Source: Planctomycetota bacterium
GTDB lineage: Bacteria > Planctomycetota > UBA1135 > UBA2386
DNA: 64,000 bases
Reading direction: 5' to 3'
Assembly (NCBI GenBank): GCA_965228735.1
Contig: OZ245838.1
Span: forward strand, 1,984,001-2,048,000
A model generated the notes under the pieces. The model saw only the letters and a list, made by a program, of their open reading frames with translations, was not told where the DNA came from and ran no database searches. The translations under genes were made by a program, and so were the position numbers. Below are positions 38,779 through 48,423 of this stretch, in pieces (position 1 is the first letter of the stretch; the number at the start of each line of letters is the position of its first letter).

Positions 38779-38814
38779 CGATCCCAGCGGGACCCGGGGG
38801 TTCGGCCAGCAGTC

Positions 38815-39411
38815 ATGAGCGACAACCACGAGACAGCGACGGGGCGATCGAGCGACGGCGGCGGTCCGGCCCCGAACTACGACGAGCTGTTCGCCCGCAA
38901 CCTGCCGGCGCTGGCCGCCTACGTGCGCGCCCGGGTCGGCAGCGGCCTGGCCGCGCGCGAATCGGTCAGCGATCTGACCCAATCGGTGTGCCGCGAGGTC
39001 CTCGACGACCTCGACGAACTCCGCTTCGAGTCCGACGAGGCGTTCCGCGCCTACCTCTTCCTGCAGGCCTCGCGCAAGGTCGTCGATCGTGCCCGGTTCT
39101 ACCGGATGAAGAAGCGCGACGCGGGGCGCGAGGTGGTGATCCCATCGGACCGGGAGTCCAAGGAGATGCTGAGGAGCCTCGCGATGCTCGTGACGCCGTC
39201 GCGCGCGGCCGGCGCCCGCGAGGAGCTCGACCGGGTCGAGCAGGCCCTCCAGGAATTGCCCGACAACCAGCGCGAGGCCGTTCTCCTGAGCCGTATCGGC
39301 GGCATCTCGTACGGCGATATCGCGCGGCAGATGACGCTGTCCGAGTCCGCCGTGCGCGGACTCGTCGCCCGCGGGCTGGCCCGCCTCGCCGCGATCCTCG
39401 GGCGCGGGTAA
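38815..39411 (+). CDS. ECF RNA polymerase sigma factor (kinase-associated type)
   Basis: Region 2 ESVSDLTQSV...FRAYL; TPSR linker; region 4 LQELPDNQREAV...SYGDIA...AVRGLVARG. Confidence 0.9.
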   Translation: MSDNHETATGRSSDGGGPAPNYDELFARNLPALAAYVRARVGSGLAARESVSDLTQSVCREVLDDLDELRFESDEAFRAYLFLQASRKVVDRARFYRMKKRDAGREVVIPSDRESKEMLRSLAMLVTPSRAAGAREELDRVEQALQELPDNQREAVLLSRIGGISYGDIARQMTLSESAVRGLVARGLARLAAILGRG

Positions 39412-39435
39412 CCGCCGCGCTACACTTCTGGGCCG

Positions 39436-42400
39436 ATGTCTGGCGAGCCGAAGCTACCTTCCGAGAACGATGCGCTCGCTCGGCTCGTCACCGAGTGCAT
39501 CCTGGCGTTCGAGCGTGACGGGGCCGACGCCGTCCAAGCCATGCTCGCATCGCACCCGGACCTCGCCCCGGCGGCCCGGCAACAGCTCGACGCGCTGCGC
39601 GATGCGGGACTGCTCGTTCCGCCCGCGCCAGACCCCGATCAGGTCGGTCCGTATCGGATCCTGCGGCGTCTCGGCACCGGGGGCGTCGGCACGGTCTACC
39701 TCGCGCAACAGAACGAACCCGTGCAGCGCCAGGTCGCGATCAAGGTCATCCGCCCGGGCATGGACACGCGCGAGGTCCTGGCCCGCTTCGCCGTCGAACG
39801 GCAGGCATTGGCGCTGCTCGAACACCCCAACGTGGCGCGCGTCCTCGACGCCGGGATGACGGCCGACGAACGGCCGTTCCTCTGCATGGACTTCGTGCCC
39901 GGGCAACCGATCACGCGCTATTGCGACGAACGCGCGCTCGACCTGCCGGCGCGCATCGATCTGCTCGCGACCGTCTGCGACGCGATCCAGGCCGCGCACC
40001 AGAAGGGCATCCTGCACCGCGATCTCAAGCCGTCGAACATCCTCGTGAGCGATCGCGACGGCGGTCCCGCGCCGACGGTGATCGACTTCGGAGTCGCGAA
40101 GTCGCTCGGCCCGCGACTGCTCGATGTCACGTTGCTGACGGCGCACCGCGGCCTCGTCGGCACGCTCGAATACATGAGTCCGGAGCAGGCCGCCAACGAG
40201 GTCGACGTCGACACGCGCACGGACGTCCACGCCCTCGGCGTGATGCTCTACGAACTGCTCACGGGCTGTCTGCCGTTCCCGTCCGAACGCCTGCGCCGCG
40301 CCGATACCGGCGAACTCGTGCGCATCCTGCGCGAAGAGACCCCGCCCCGACCGAGCGCCGTCGTCACCGAACGACCGGATGCCGGCCGCCGCGCGCAGCT
40401 TCGCGGTCACAACCCCGCGACCCTGCAACGTGCGCTGCGCCGCGAACTCGACTGGATCGTGCAGCGCGCGATCGAGAAGGATCGCAATCGGCGCTACGGC
40501 ATGGCGGCCGAGCTGGCCAGCGATCTGCGACGTTACCTCAGCGGCGACGCCGTGCACGCCGGGCCGCCGAACGCCTGGTATCGCTGGCGCAAGATGCTCG
40601 GTCGGTATCGCTACCAGGCGAGCTCCGCCGCCGCCGTCGTCCTGGCTCTGGTCGGCGGCCTGGTCACGAGCGTGACCTTCTATTCCGATGCGCACGCCAA
40701 GAGCGTGCAGTCGGCAGCGAGCCTCGACGTCGCGCTCGACGCCGTCGAACGCATGGTCCAGGCCGGCGAGGACCGGCTCAACATCGTGCCGCACATGGAC
40801 GAGGTCCGCCGCGAGCTGCTGCGCGAGGCGCTCGAGCTGCAGCGCCGATTGGCCGCTTCGACGGGCGAAGAACGCCTGCAGCGGCGCACGGCGCGCGCGC
40901 TGGCGGGGCTCGCGAAGGTGCAGGCCGAACTCGGCGATATCGAGCAGGCGCTCGACAGCAGCAGCGAAGCCCTCGCGATGCTCGGCCAGCTCCCGACCGA
41001 GATGCGCGGAGACACCGCCGAGCTGGCGCTGCGCACCCGCCTCCACTTCCAGCAGTTCCGTTGGTCCGAGACGCTCCCGCACAGCGACGCCGACGGCACC
41101 GAACGGATCGAACGCGCCACGAAGCTCGCCGACGAGCTGCTGCAGCGACCCGATATCGCGCCCGACCAGACGTTGCTTGCATCGCAGGTGTTCGTTGCGC
41201 GCGCACTCCGGTTCTCGGCCGGCGAGGTCGGAACGGCGGATGAGCTGTTCTCACGCGTAGCGGCATTGCTCGAACCGATGCTGGCGGACCCGGTCGGCCA
41301 CCGTGAGCGACTGCCGGCCGCACTGCGGGCCATGAGCCACTTCGCGCGCTTCTGCATGGAGCGCGGCGACATCGAGCGCGGCATCGCGCTCGGCGATCGT
41401 CTGCACGAGATCGTGGTCGCCGAGTTCGAGCGCAACGACGACGTGATTCGACGCGCGGGCCTGCTGCCGGCGCTCGAGTCGATCGGCTCCGTCTGGTACC
41501 ACAACGGCAAGTACGGTCGAGTCGTCCGCGAACTGCAGCCGGCGATCGGCACGTATCGCATGCTCGCGCGCTACTTCCCGGCCGTTCCGCACCATCGTGA
41601 GAAGCTCGCTCGAGCGCTGGTCCAGCTGGCGCTCGCGCGCGAATGGACGGCCGATATCGACCCCGCGATCGAGAACAGCACCGAGGCGGCGCAGTTGTTG
41701 GCCGAGCTCGTGCGGGAGTACCCGGAATCACGCGAGTACCGGGCCGGCCTGCTGTGGGCCTACACCAGCCTCGCTCATCACGCCGCGACGGCCCGCCGTC
41801 TGATGCTCGAAGCGGACTGGACCGAGAGCGATCGGGCCATCGCGCTCGGCCTCGAGCTGGCCCGCCACCCGGCGTTCACCGCCGAGCCCGGCACGACCGA
41901 GCTCGAGCGCCTCGCCGAGTTCCATCGCGTGCGCGGAATCGTCGCCGGCTTGCGGGACCGGCACGAAGAGGCGGCGGCGGCCCACAGAGAGGCGCTGCAC
42001 GGCTATCGGAAACTGGCCCGTCAGACGCCCGACGCCCTGCCCCACCAGCAGCGCATCGCCGACGTCGACGAGAAGCTCTCGCAGGCGCTGGTGCAGCTGG
42101 GCCGACACGCGGAGGCCGCACCGCTCCTCGAAGACGCGATCCGGCGGCTCTCCCCACTGCGCGGCAAGCTCGGCCACGAACGCGGATTCGACCGCACGTG
42201 GCGCCGCCTGCACGGCCTGCAGGCGAGCGTGTGGATCGCTCGCGGACAGTTCGAACGCGCCTGGACCGCACTCGACGCGATCGCGGAGATGGTCCAGGCC
42301 GACAACGACTGGATCCTCCATGACCTGCTCGCCAGGCTCGCGTGTGAAGGCGCGCTGCGAGCCCCCGCCGCCTCGGCCTGGCGCGAACGGTTCGCGGGGC

Positions 42401-42726
42401 GCTGTCGCGATGAGATCGAGGCGGCCATCGAGATGGGCCGGTCGATGCCGATGGTGTCACCCGTGACGATCGCCGTCATGGCGAGTCGATCGCTCCACCG
42501 CGTCGTCGAACTGGAACGCGGCATCGGCGACCTCGAAGCCGCGATCGCGACGCAGGACCGGATCGTGCACGGCTACATGATGGCGTTCGACAGCAAGGCC
42601 AGCGATCGCAACCGCGAACGCGCGGCTGCCGGACTTCGGTTGCTCGTCGAACTGCAGGAGGAGCACGGCGACGCGACCGGGGCAACAGCGACGCGAAAGC
42701 GGCTCGAGCGGATGCTCGCCCAGTAG
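39436..42726 (+). CDS. Hanks-type Ser/Thr protein kinase with hydrophobic segment and TPR-like C-terminus
   Basis: Motifs LGTGGVGTVY, VAIK, HRDLKPSN, DFG, GTLEYMSPEQ and DVHALG; TM-like AAAVVLALVGGLV. Confidence 0.93.
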   Translation: MSGEPKLPSENDALARLVTECILAFERDGADAVQAMLASHPDLAPAARQQLDALRDAGLLVPPAPDPDQVGPYRILRRLGTGGVGTVYLAQQNEPVQRQVAIKVIRPGMDTREVLARFAVERQALALLEHPNVARVLDAGMTADERPFLCMDFVPGQPITRYCDERALDLPARIDLLATVCDAIQAAHQKGILHRDLKPSNILVSDRDGGPAPTVIDFGVAKSLGPRLLDVTLLTAHRGLVGTLEYMSPEQAANEVDVDTRTDVHALGVMLYELLTGCLPFPSERLRRADTGELVRILREETPPRPSAVVTERPDAGRRAQLRGHNPATLQRALRRELDWIVQRAIEKDRNRRYGMAAELASDLRRYLSGDAVHAGPPNAWYRWRKMLGRYRYQASSAAAVVLALVGGLVTSVTFYSDAHAKSVQSAASLDVALDAVERMVQAGEDRLNIVPHMDEVRRELLREALELQRRLAASTGEERLQRRTARALAGLAKVQAELGDIEQALDSSSEALAMLGQLPTEMRGDTAELALRTRLHFQQFRWSETLPHSDADGTERIERATKLADELLQRPDIAPDQTLLASQVFVARALRFSAGEVGTADELFSRVAALLEPMLADPVGHRERLPAALRAMSHFARFCMERGDIERGIALGDRLHEIVVAEFERNDDVIRRAGLLPALESIGSVWYHNGKYGRVVRELQPAIGTYRMLARYFPAVPHHREKLARALVQLALAREWTADIDPAIENSTEAAQLLAELVREYPESREYRAGLLWAYTSLAHHAATARRLMLEADWTESDRAIALGLELARHPAFTAEPGTTELERLAEFHRVRGIVAGLRDRHEEAAAAHREALHGYRKLARQTPDALPHQQRIADVDEKLSQALVQLGRHAEAAPLLEDAIRRLSPLRGKLGHERGFDRTWRRLHGLQASVWIARGQFERAWTALDAIAEMVQADNDWILHDLLARLACEGALRAPAASAWRERFAGRCRDEIEAAIEMGRSMPMVSPVTIAVMASRSLHRVVELERGIGDLEAAIATQDRIVHGYMMAFDSKASDRNRERAAAGLRLLVELQEEHGDATGATATRKRLERMLAQ

Positions 42727-42847
42727 AAGCCCTGACCGCCGCTCGCAGCGCCCGAGCTTGCGAGCGACGTCCTGGGCCTCCCCCGAGCTCCCGACCACCC
42801 GACAACCCCGAGCCACCCTGGATTGCCGGGCACTGCGGACAGTCGAC

Positions 42848-43909
42848 CTACTGGTGCACGAACAACGTGATCGGGTTGTAGTTGCGCTGAACCGAGCCCG
42901 TCGTGGCGAACTGCGGCGGCCCCGAGGCTCGCAGAATCGACGTGCGCGGACGGACCCCGGTGAGCACGTGCGCACCGTTGCTGACGATCGCACCACCCGG
43001 CGCGAAGAAGTCGAAGAACACGGCCTGGCTGGCCCAATCGAAGTCGTTGAACGTGGGATCGTTCGGGATCACGAAACTCCAGTTGCGCGCGCCGGAGCTG
43101 CTCGAGATCCCGGTCAGCGTCAGCGCATTCGTGATGTCGATCTGCCCCGTGCAGGTCGGATCGATGCCGGGCAGGAACGACTGCAGGCTGTACGGCGTGA
43201 CCAGGTTGGCACCTGGCTTCATGACGAGCACGCCGAAGCTGCTGCCGGGCGCCGATGTGACGCTCGTCGAGTACGACAGGCCCGGCCGCACCGGCTGAGC
43301 CGTGAGGTTGGGCGTGCCGTTCTGGCCGGCACAACCGACCGGGCCATACGTCACGGGCGAGTAGAAGTCCCCGCGATCGATGCGGTAGGTCCAGGACGTG
43401 CCGCCACCGTTGTTGCCAAAGACCAGATACTCGACGACGAGGTTGCCCTGCGCCGGGTCGTAGGTGAACGGAACCGCGAGGTCGATGAAGAACTGGCCGT
43501 TCGGCAACGGGTTGCTCGGGTCACGCAGATCAGGCAACTGGTAGAGCCCCGGGCCGAACACCGTCACGGGCGTCGACGAGTAGTTGTTGGCGAAGTTGGT
43601 GCCCATCGAGGCCGCAGTTTCCTGCGAGTAGCCCATGCGAATCTCGAGCTGCAGTGCCCGGCCGAGCGAGACCACGGTCGTGCCATCCTCGCGGAAGCCG
43701 ATCTTGCTGATCTGCTGACCCGCCGGAATCGCCAGATCCACGCCCTCGTAGAGCACCTGGACACGGGAGGTTCCGAACGAGAGCGGGAGGTTCGTAGAAC
43801 TGAACGGGCCTTCCGGCACGGCGACGTACTCGTCGGGAAAGATCGTGGTGGTCTGGGCTGTGAGCGCACAGCCGACCATCACGGAGAACAGGGTAGGGAG
43901 TTTGGTCAT
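42848..43909 (-). CDS. Secreted hypothetical protein with the shared C-terminal domain
   Basis: Signal MTKLPTLFSVMVGCALTA|Q; PFTYDPAQGNLVVE; C-terminal IPNDPTF...SQ...D...SNG. Confidence 0.85.
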   Translation of the reverse strand: MTKLPTLFSVMVGCALTAQTTTIFPDEYVAVPEGPFSSTNLPLSFGTSRVQVLYEGVDLAIPAGQQISKIGFREDGTTVVSLGRALQLEIRMGYSQETAASMGTNFANNYSSTPVTVFGPGLYQLPDLRDPSNPLPNGQFFIDLAVPFTYDPAQGNLVVEYLVFGNNGGGTSWTYRIDRGDFYSPVTYGPVGCAGQNGTPNLTAQPVRPGLSYSTSVTSAPGSSFGVLVMKPGANLVTPYSLQSFLPGIDPTCTGQIDITNALTLTGISSSSGARNWSFVIPNDPTFNDFDWASQAVFFDFFAPGGAIVSNGAHVLTGVRPRTSILRASGPPQFATTGSVQRNYNPITLFVHQ

Positions 43910-43938
43910 GGTGGTTTCCAGTGTTTACCTCGCCCGAA

Positions 43939-43968
43939 CAGCGACAACTTTTCGCGACGCGTTCGCGA
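43939..43968 (-). promoter_or_regulatory. Putative ECF-dependent promoter
   Basis: The reverse complement reads TCGCGAAC-N15-GTCGCTG, 29 nt upstream of ATG 43909. Confidence 0.6.
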
Positions 43969-44036
43969 TTCGTCGAGAATTCGGTCCACCCCGGACGACT
44001 CCCCAGTCGCCCTGACTCGCTGATCCGACGCCGCGC

Positions 44037-44993
44037 CTAACGCCCGGTTCGATGACCGTCTACGGCTGCCGCGCCCGCGGCGAACTCCTGCCACGCCGCC
44101 TCGATCGCTGCGTCGGCCACCGGACCGCGGCGGATCCAGATGCGATACCGCAGCTCCAACGCGCCGCCCGGCGCGACGACGAGGTCGCCCGTGCCGCGCG
44201 GTGCTCGCGTGAAGTCGTGCAACCCGAACGGGTTGGCCGCGAACAACCCGTAGCCGCGCGCGTGCCAGTGCGTCGGGTGACCGTGATTGCTCGGCGAATC
44301 GAACATCGCGACGGTATGCGGCACCCCGTCGAGGGCGGCCGAGTACGCGACCCAGCGCGCCGGCTTGCCCCACGCCGCCTTGTCGACGTCACCCGCGCTG
44401 TTGCGGATCGACCCCGCGGCGTCCGGGCCGTCGAGACAGAACTCGCTGCGCAGGCGCAGTGCCATCGTGCCTTCCTTCGTGTCCCCGAAGCGCACCTCGT
44501 CATCGCCGGTCACCGTGACGGCGTAGTCGATCGTGCGGGTGTCGCCGTCGACGGCGAACTCCAGCACACGCTGATCGCGGCACACGAGAGTCCCGTCCTC
44601 GGCCCGCCACTCGGAGTCCTGCGTGAGTCGATTGCAGCCCGCTTCGATCCGCGGTTTGCCGACCGCGACGACGCCGCCCTTGCCGGCCCAGAAGTCGATG
44701 CCGTTCACCGCGCCATGCGTGAACCAGCAGCTCTCGTGATGCGGATGGTCCCGGCGTTCGCCCGCGACCTCGGCGAGCGGGAACGCGCGCGTGACCGTCG
44801 CGCCGCCGGTCGCGCACAGCGGCCACAGCACGGGTCCGCGCATCCCGTCGGTGCGATACTCGGCGAACAGGCTGCCGTCCGGCGCGTGGATCGCGACACC
44901 GACGGTCGACGGCTCGAACGTCAGCGGCGGCGCGGACGAACACGCGGCCGCGAGCAGCAGCGGAAGGAGCACGGGGCGAGCACGCCGGGACAT
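44037..44993 (-). CDS. DUF6807 ('PmoA family') supersandwich lipoprotein
   Basis: LAAAC lipobox; motifs TRAFP, DHPHH.S.WF.HG.VNG.DFW, FGDTKEG, WGKPARWV and WHARGYGLFAANPFG. Confidence 0.82.
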   Translation of the reverse strand: MSRRARPVLLPLLLAAACSSAPPLTFEPSTVGVAIHAPDGSLFAEYRTDGMRGPVLWPLCATGGATVTRAFPLAEVAGERRDHPHHESCWFTHGAVNGIDFWAGKGGVVAVGKPRIEAGCNRLTQDSEWRAEDGTLVCRDQRVLEFAVDGDTRTIDYAVTVTGDDEVRFGDTKEGTMALRLRSEFCLDGPDAAGSIRNSAGDVDKAAWGKPARWVAYSAALDGVPHTVAMFDSPSNHGHPTHWHARGYGLFAANPFGLHDFTRAPRGTGDLVVAPGGALELRYRIWIRRGPVADAAIEAAWQEFAAGAAAVDGHRTGR

Positions 44994-45107
44994 GGCAGCA
45001 CTGTCCCGTGCTTGCCGTCGCCGGGCAAGCCGCACCCCGCAATTGCCCACCCCGGCATTTGCCAGTCGAGCATCGTCCGCGACGCCCACGCGAGCCATGA
45101 TGCCGGA

Positions 45108-46535
45108 ATGCAGTTCACCCCGCCCGGACACTTCCGCAGCGTCGCCCAGGTGCGCGAGCGGCTCGCGGAACTCGACCTCGGGATCGAGCTCGCCGACGAG
45201 ATCGCGAGCGCCCCTTTCGCGCAGCCACTCGAGCTCTACGGCAAGGCGGTCGCCAATCGCTTCTGCACCCATCCGATGGAGGGCTGGGACGGCACCACCG
45301 ACGGCCGGCCGTCCGCGCACACGCTGCGACGCTGGCGCGCGTTCGGTCGCTCCGGCGCGGGCCTCGTCTTCGGCGGCGAGGCCTTCGCCGTGCGCCCGGA
45401 CGGCCGGGCGAACCCCAACCAGCTGATGCTCGCCGACCACAGCGAGGCCGACCTCTCGAGCCTGCTCGCGGAGCTGCGCGCCGGCGCCGAAGAGGCCGGC
45501 GGCGGCGAGCCGGTCGTCGGCCTGCAGCTCACCCACTCGGGCCGATTCGCGCGACCCGCCGGCCCACTCGCGCCGAAGATCGCGCAGCAGCATCCGTTGC
45601 TCGCGACGAAGTACGGCCTGCCCTCGGATCAGCCGGTGCTCACCGACGGCGAGCTCGAGGCCATCGGCGAACGCTACGTCCAGGCAGCACGGGTCGCCCA
45701 GCGCGCCGGCTTCGACTTCGTCGACGTCAAGTCGTGCCACGGCTACCTGCTGCACGAGGTCCTCGCGAGCAAGACCCGAACGGGCAGCTACGGCGGCGAA
45801 GGGCTCGCCGACCGGATGCGCCTGTTCGAACGCATCGTCGCCGCGATCCGGACCGCGTGCCCCGGTCTCGGTATCGCCGTGCGGCTGTCCGCGGGCGACA
45901 CCGCGCCGTACGAACCCGCGCCCGAGACCCGCATCGGCCGTGCGATGAGTTCGCCCGACGTCGATCATGCGCGCCATCACTTCGGCATCGACGCCGAGGA
46001 CCCGACCCGCATCGATCTCACGGAAGCAGCCGCGTTCGTTCGCCGCCTCGTCGAGCTCGACATCCCGCTCGTGAACGTCACGCTCGGATCACCCTACTGG
46101 AATCCGCACCTGCAACGGCCGGCGAGCTACCCGCCGAGCGACGGCTACCTCCCACCCGTCGACCCGCTCGCAATGGTCGCGGAGCACCTGCGGGCGACGC
46201 GCGCGCTGGTCGAGGCCGCACCCGAACTGCAGTTCGTCGGCACCGGCTACACCTACCTGCAGGAGTGGCTGCCGCACGTGGCGCAACGCGTGCTCGAGGC
46301 CGGCGGGGCGCACTACATCGGCCTCGGTCGGCTCGTCCTCAGTTACGCCGACCTGCCACGCGACGTGCTCGGCGATCGCCCGCTGCAGAAGAAGCAGATC
46401 TGCCGCACGTTCTCCGACTGCACGACGGGACCGCGCAACGGCATGCTCAGCGGCTGCTTCCCGCTCGACCCGTATTACAAGGCGATGCCAGAGGCCAAGG
46501 CGATCAAGGCGATCCGCAACGCGATGAAGGCATGA
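45108..46535 (+). CDS. NADH:flavin oxidoreductase (Old Yellow Enzyme-like)
   Basis: Motifs NRF..HPMEGWD, GLQLTHSGR and AGFDFVDVKSCHGYLLHE; C-terminal CRTFSDC...C. Confidence 0.9.
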   Translation: MQFTPPGHFRSVAQVRERLAELDLGIELADEIASAPFAQPLELYGKAVANRFCTHPMEGWDGTTDGRPSAHTLRRWRAFGRSGAGLVFGGEAFAVRPDGRANPNQLMLADHSEADLSSLLAELRAGAEEAGGGEPVVGLQLTHSGRFARPAGPLAPKIAQQHPLLATKYGLPSDQPVLTDGELEAIGERYVQAARVAQRAGFDFVDVKSCHGYLLHEVLASKTRTGSYGGEGLADRMRLFERIVAAIRTACPGLGIAVRLSAGDTAPYEPAPETRIGRAMSSPDVDHARHHFGIDAEDPTRIDLTEAAAFVRRLVELDIPLVNVTLGSPYWNPHLQRPASYPPSDGYLPPVDPLAMVAEHLRATRALVEAAPELQFVGTGYTYLQEWLPHVAQRVLEAGGAHYIGLGRLVLSYADLPRDVLGDRPLQKKQICRTFSDCTTGPRNGMLSGCFPLDPYYKAMPEAKAIKAIRNAMKA

Positions 46536-46539
46536 CCCG

Positions 46540-48018
46540 ATGACCGAACGATTCGACGATCAGGACCTCGCCGACCGGAACCTCGCCGATCGGGACCTCG
46601 CCGATCGGGACCTCGCCGACGTGCGCGAAGGCCTGCGGATGCAGACCCCGCCGGATCCCGACAAGCTCAGGGCGGAGGCCGAGCACCTCGAAGCGCTGGA
46701 CCGTGGGCCGTTCGGCGCGCGCCTCTGGGGCTGGATCAAACTCTCGGGTCCGGGCTACCTGCAGGCCGCGATGACGCTCGGCGCCGGCACCGCGGTGTCG
46801 GCGCTCTACATGGGCTCGGTGTTCGGTTACCGCATGCTTTGGGTCGCACCGCTCGGCATGCTGATCGGCGTCGTGGTGTTCGCCGCGCTCGCCCACCAGA
46901 CCCTGTCGACGGGCGCGCGCCCGCTGCCGGCGATGGCGCGGCACGCCGGCAAGCCGTTCGCGTTCGTCTGGGCCGCCGGCGCGATGCTCGCGTCGGTGAT
47001 CTGGCACCTGCCGCAATACAACCTCGCGGCCGACTCCACGGTCGATCTGATCGATGTGTTCGTGCAGCCGACCGCGGACCCGGCAGCCGGTTCCGACGCG
47101 CCGCCGGCGCGGTCGATCCCGCCGATCGTCGCGAGCCTCGGACTCGCGGTCATCGCCGTGCTGCTGTCGTGGAACTACGGCCGCTCGCCGCGGCTCGTGC
47201 GCACGTTCGAACGGGTGATCAAGTACATGATCTGGTCCATCGTGCTGTGCATGGGCTGGGTCGTCCTCAACACGGACACCGACTGGGGCGCGGTCGCGGC
47301 CGGTTTCTTCGCGTTCGAACTCCCCGAACCGATCGGCGATGTGTCGTCGACCACGCTCGCGGTCGGCGGCCTCGCCGCCGCCGTCGGCATCAACATGGTG
47401 TTCCTCTACCCCTACTCGCTGCTCGCGCGCGGTTGGGGTCGGGCGCATCGCGGGCTCGCGCGCTGCGATCTCGTGCTCGGCACGCTCGTGCCGTACGTCC
47501 TCGCGGCCAGCCTGATCTGCATCGCCGCCGCGAACACGCTGCACGACAGCGGCGTGGAGGTCACGAAGGGAACGGCGGTGAAGGAAATGGGCGCCGTGCT
47601 CGGGCAGGTCATGGGGCCGATCGCCGGTCGCGTGATCTTCGACCTCGGCGTCATCGGCATGGCGTTCAGCACGATCGCGCTGCACATGCTGGTGTGCGGC
47701 TTCGTCGCGATGGAGTGGTTCGACGCGCCGGTCGGCAGCCGCAAGCAGCGGCTGTGGACGATGCTGCCCGTGCCCGCGTGCCTCGCGCCGCTGTTCTGGG
47801 GCGACTACGCGGTCTACCTCGCGATCCCGACGAGCATCATCTGCGCGGCGTTCCTGCCGCTGACGTACATCGGCGTGCTCATCCTGCAGCGCAGCCGCGC
47901 GTTCCTCGACAAGGATCGGCCCGAGGGTATTGCGGGCGTAGTCTGGGTCGTGCTCCTGTTGCTCGGCACGGCGATCGTCGTCGCGGGACTGTGGCAGGTG
48001 CTGGCGCGATTCTTCTGA
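46540..48018 (+). CDS. NRAMP-like divalent cation/solute transporter
   Basis: Motifs GPGYLQAAMTLGAG, GYRMLW, AVGINMVFLYPYSLL and AANTLH; about 11 TM segments. Confidence 0.8.
   Translation: MTERFDDQDLADRNLADRDLADRDLADVREGLRMQTPPDPDKLRAEAEHLEALDRGPFGARLWGWIKLSGPGYLQAAMTLGAGTAVSALYMGSVFGYRMLWVAPLGMLIGVVVFAALAHQTLSTGARPLPAMARHAGKPFAFVWAAGAMLASVIWHLPQYNLAADSTVDLIDVFVQPTADPAAGSDAPPARSIPPIVASLGLAVIAVLLSWNYGRSPRLVRTFERVIKYMIWSIVLCMGWVVLNTDTDWGAVAAGFFAFELPEPIGDVSSTTLAVGGLAAAVGINMVFLYPYSLLARGWGRAHRGLARCDLVLGTLVPYVLAASLICIAAANTLHDSGVEVTKGTAVKEMGAVLGQVMGPIAGRVIFDLGVIGMAFSTIALHMLVCGFVAMEWFDAPVGSRKQRLWTMLPVPACLAPLFWGDYAVYLAIPTSIICAAFLPLTYIGVLILQRSRAFLDKDRPEGIAGVVWVVLLLLGTAIVVAGLWQVLARFF
46561..46620 (+). 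repeat. Four tandem 15-nt repeats (QDLAD/RNLAD/RDLAD/RDLAD)
   Basis: caggacctcgccgac cggaacctcgccgat cgggacctcgccgat cgggacctcgccgac. Confidence 0.9.
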
Positions 48019-48090
48019 CCTCGTGCCACGGTGACCCGGTCAGTTCAGGACGTCGGCGATGGCCTTCTCGCGCATCGCGACCGTCGGCGA

Positions 48091-48286
48091 TCACGCCAGA
48101 GCTTCCGCCAAGGTCTTCGTTCTCGGGACAGAGTGCGAGCGTGCGCCAGTCGAGCTCGGCAACGGTGTCGGCACCGAGAACGCTACGCAGGAGCGGCCCG
48201 GTGTGCGCCCGCTGCGAGAACGTGAAACGGAACAGGCCGTCGTGCCGCGCCCGCAGCGCGCGCTTGCTGGAGCCGGAGTATGCCAC
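48091..48286 (-). pseudogene. Internally deleted Rpn/YhgA-like (Transposase_31) nuclease remnant
   Basis: HDGLFRFTFSQ...LLRSVL...ELDWRTLALCP matches the Rpn N-terminus. It is joined out of frame to an Rpn-like tail, TKTLAEALA*. Confidence 0.65.
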
Positions 48287-48423
48287 ACATGAGAAGTGGG
48301 GCGAAACGGCCAACGGTTACACCGAACCGTCCCATCTCTGGTGAATCGCCGTGTTTCCAACCGATTGGGTTGATTTGACCGCGGCATCGAGGACAGTCCG
48401 CGGTGGCACCCTCTCGTTCGCCC

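Noticed and set aside
42739..42766. Hairpin between the convergent kinase and secreted-protein genes
   Set aside because: There is no U-tract on either strand, so it cannot be called a terminator with confidence.
44037..44993. Methane monooxygenase, from the 'PmoA family' label
   Set aside because: It is a soluble lipoprotein with no pmoCAB context; the family name is misleading.
45032..45064. Short direct repeat CACCCC-GCAATTGCC / CACCCC-GGCATTTGCC between divergent genes
   Set aside because: It could be an operator, but there are only two imperfect copies and no regulator nearby.
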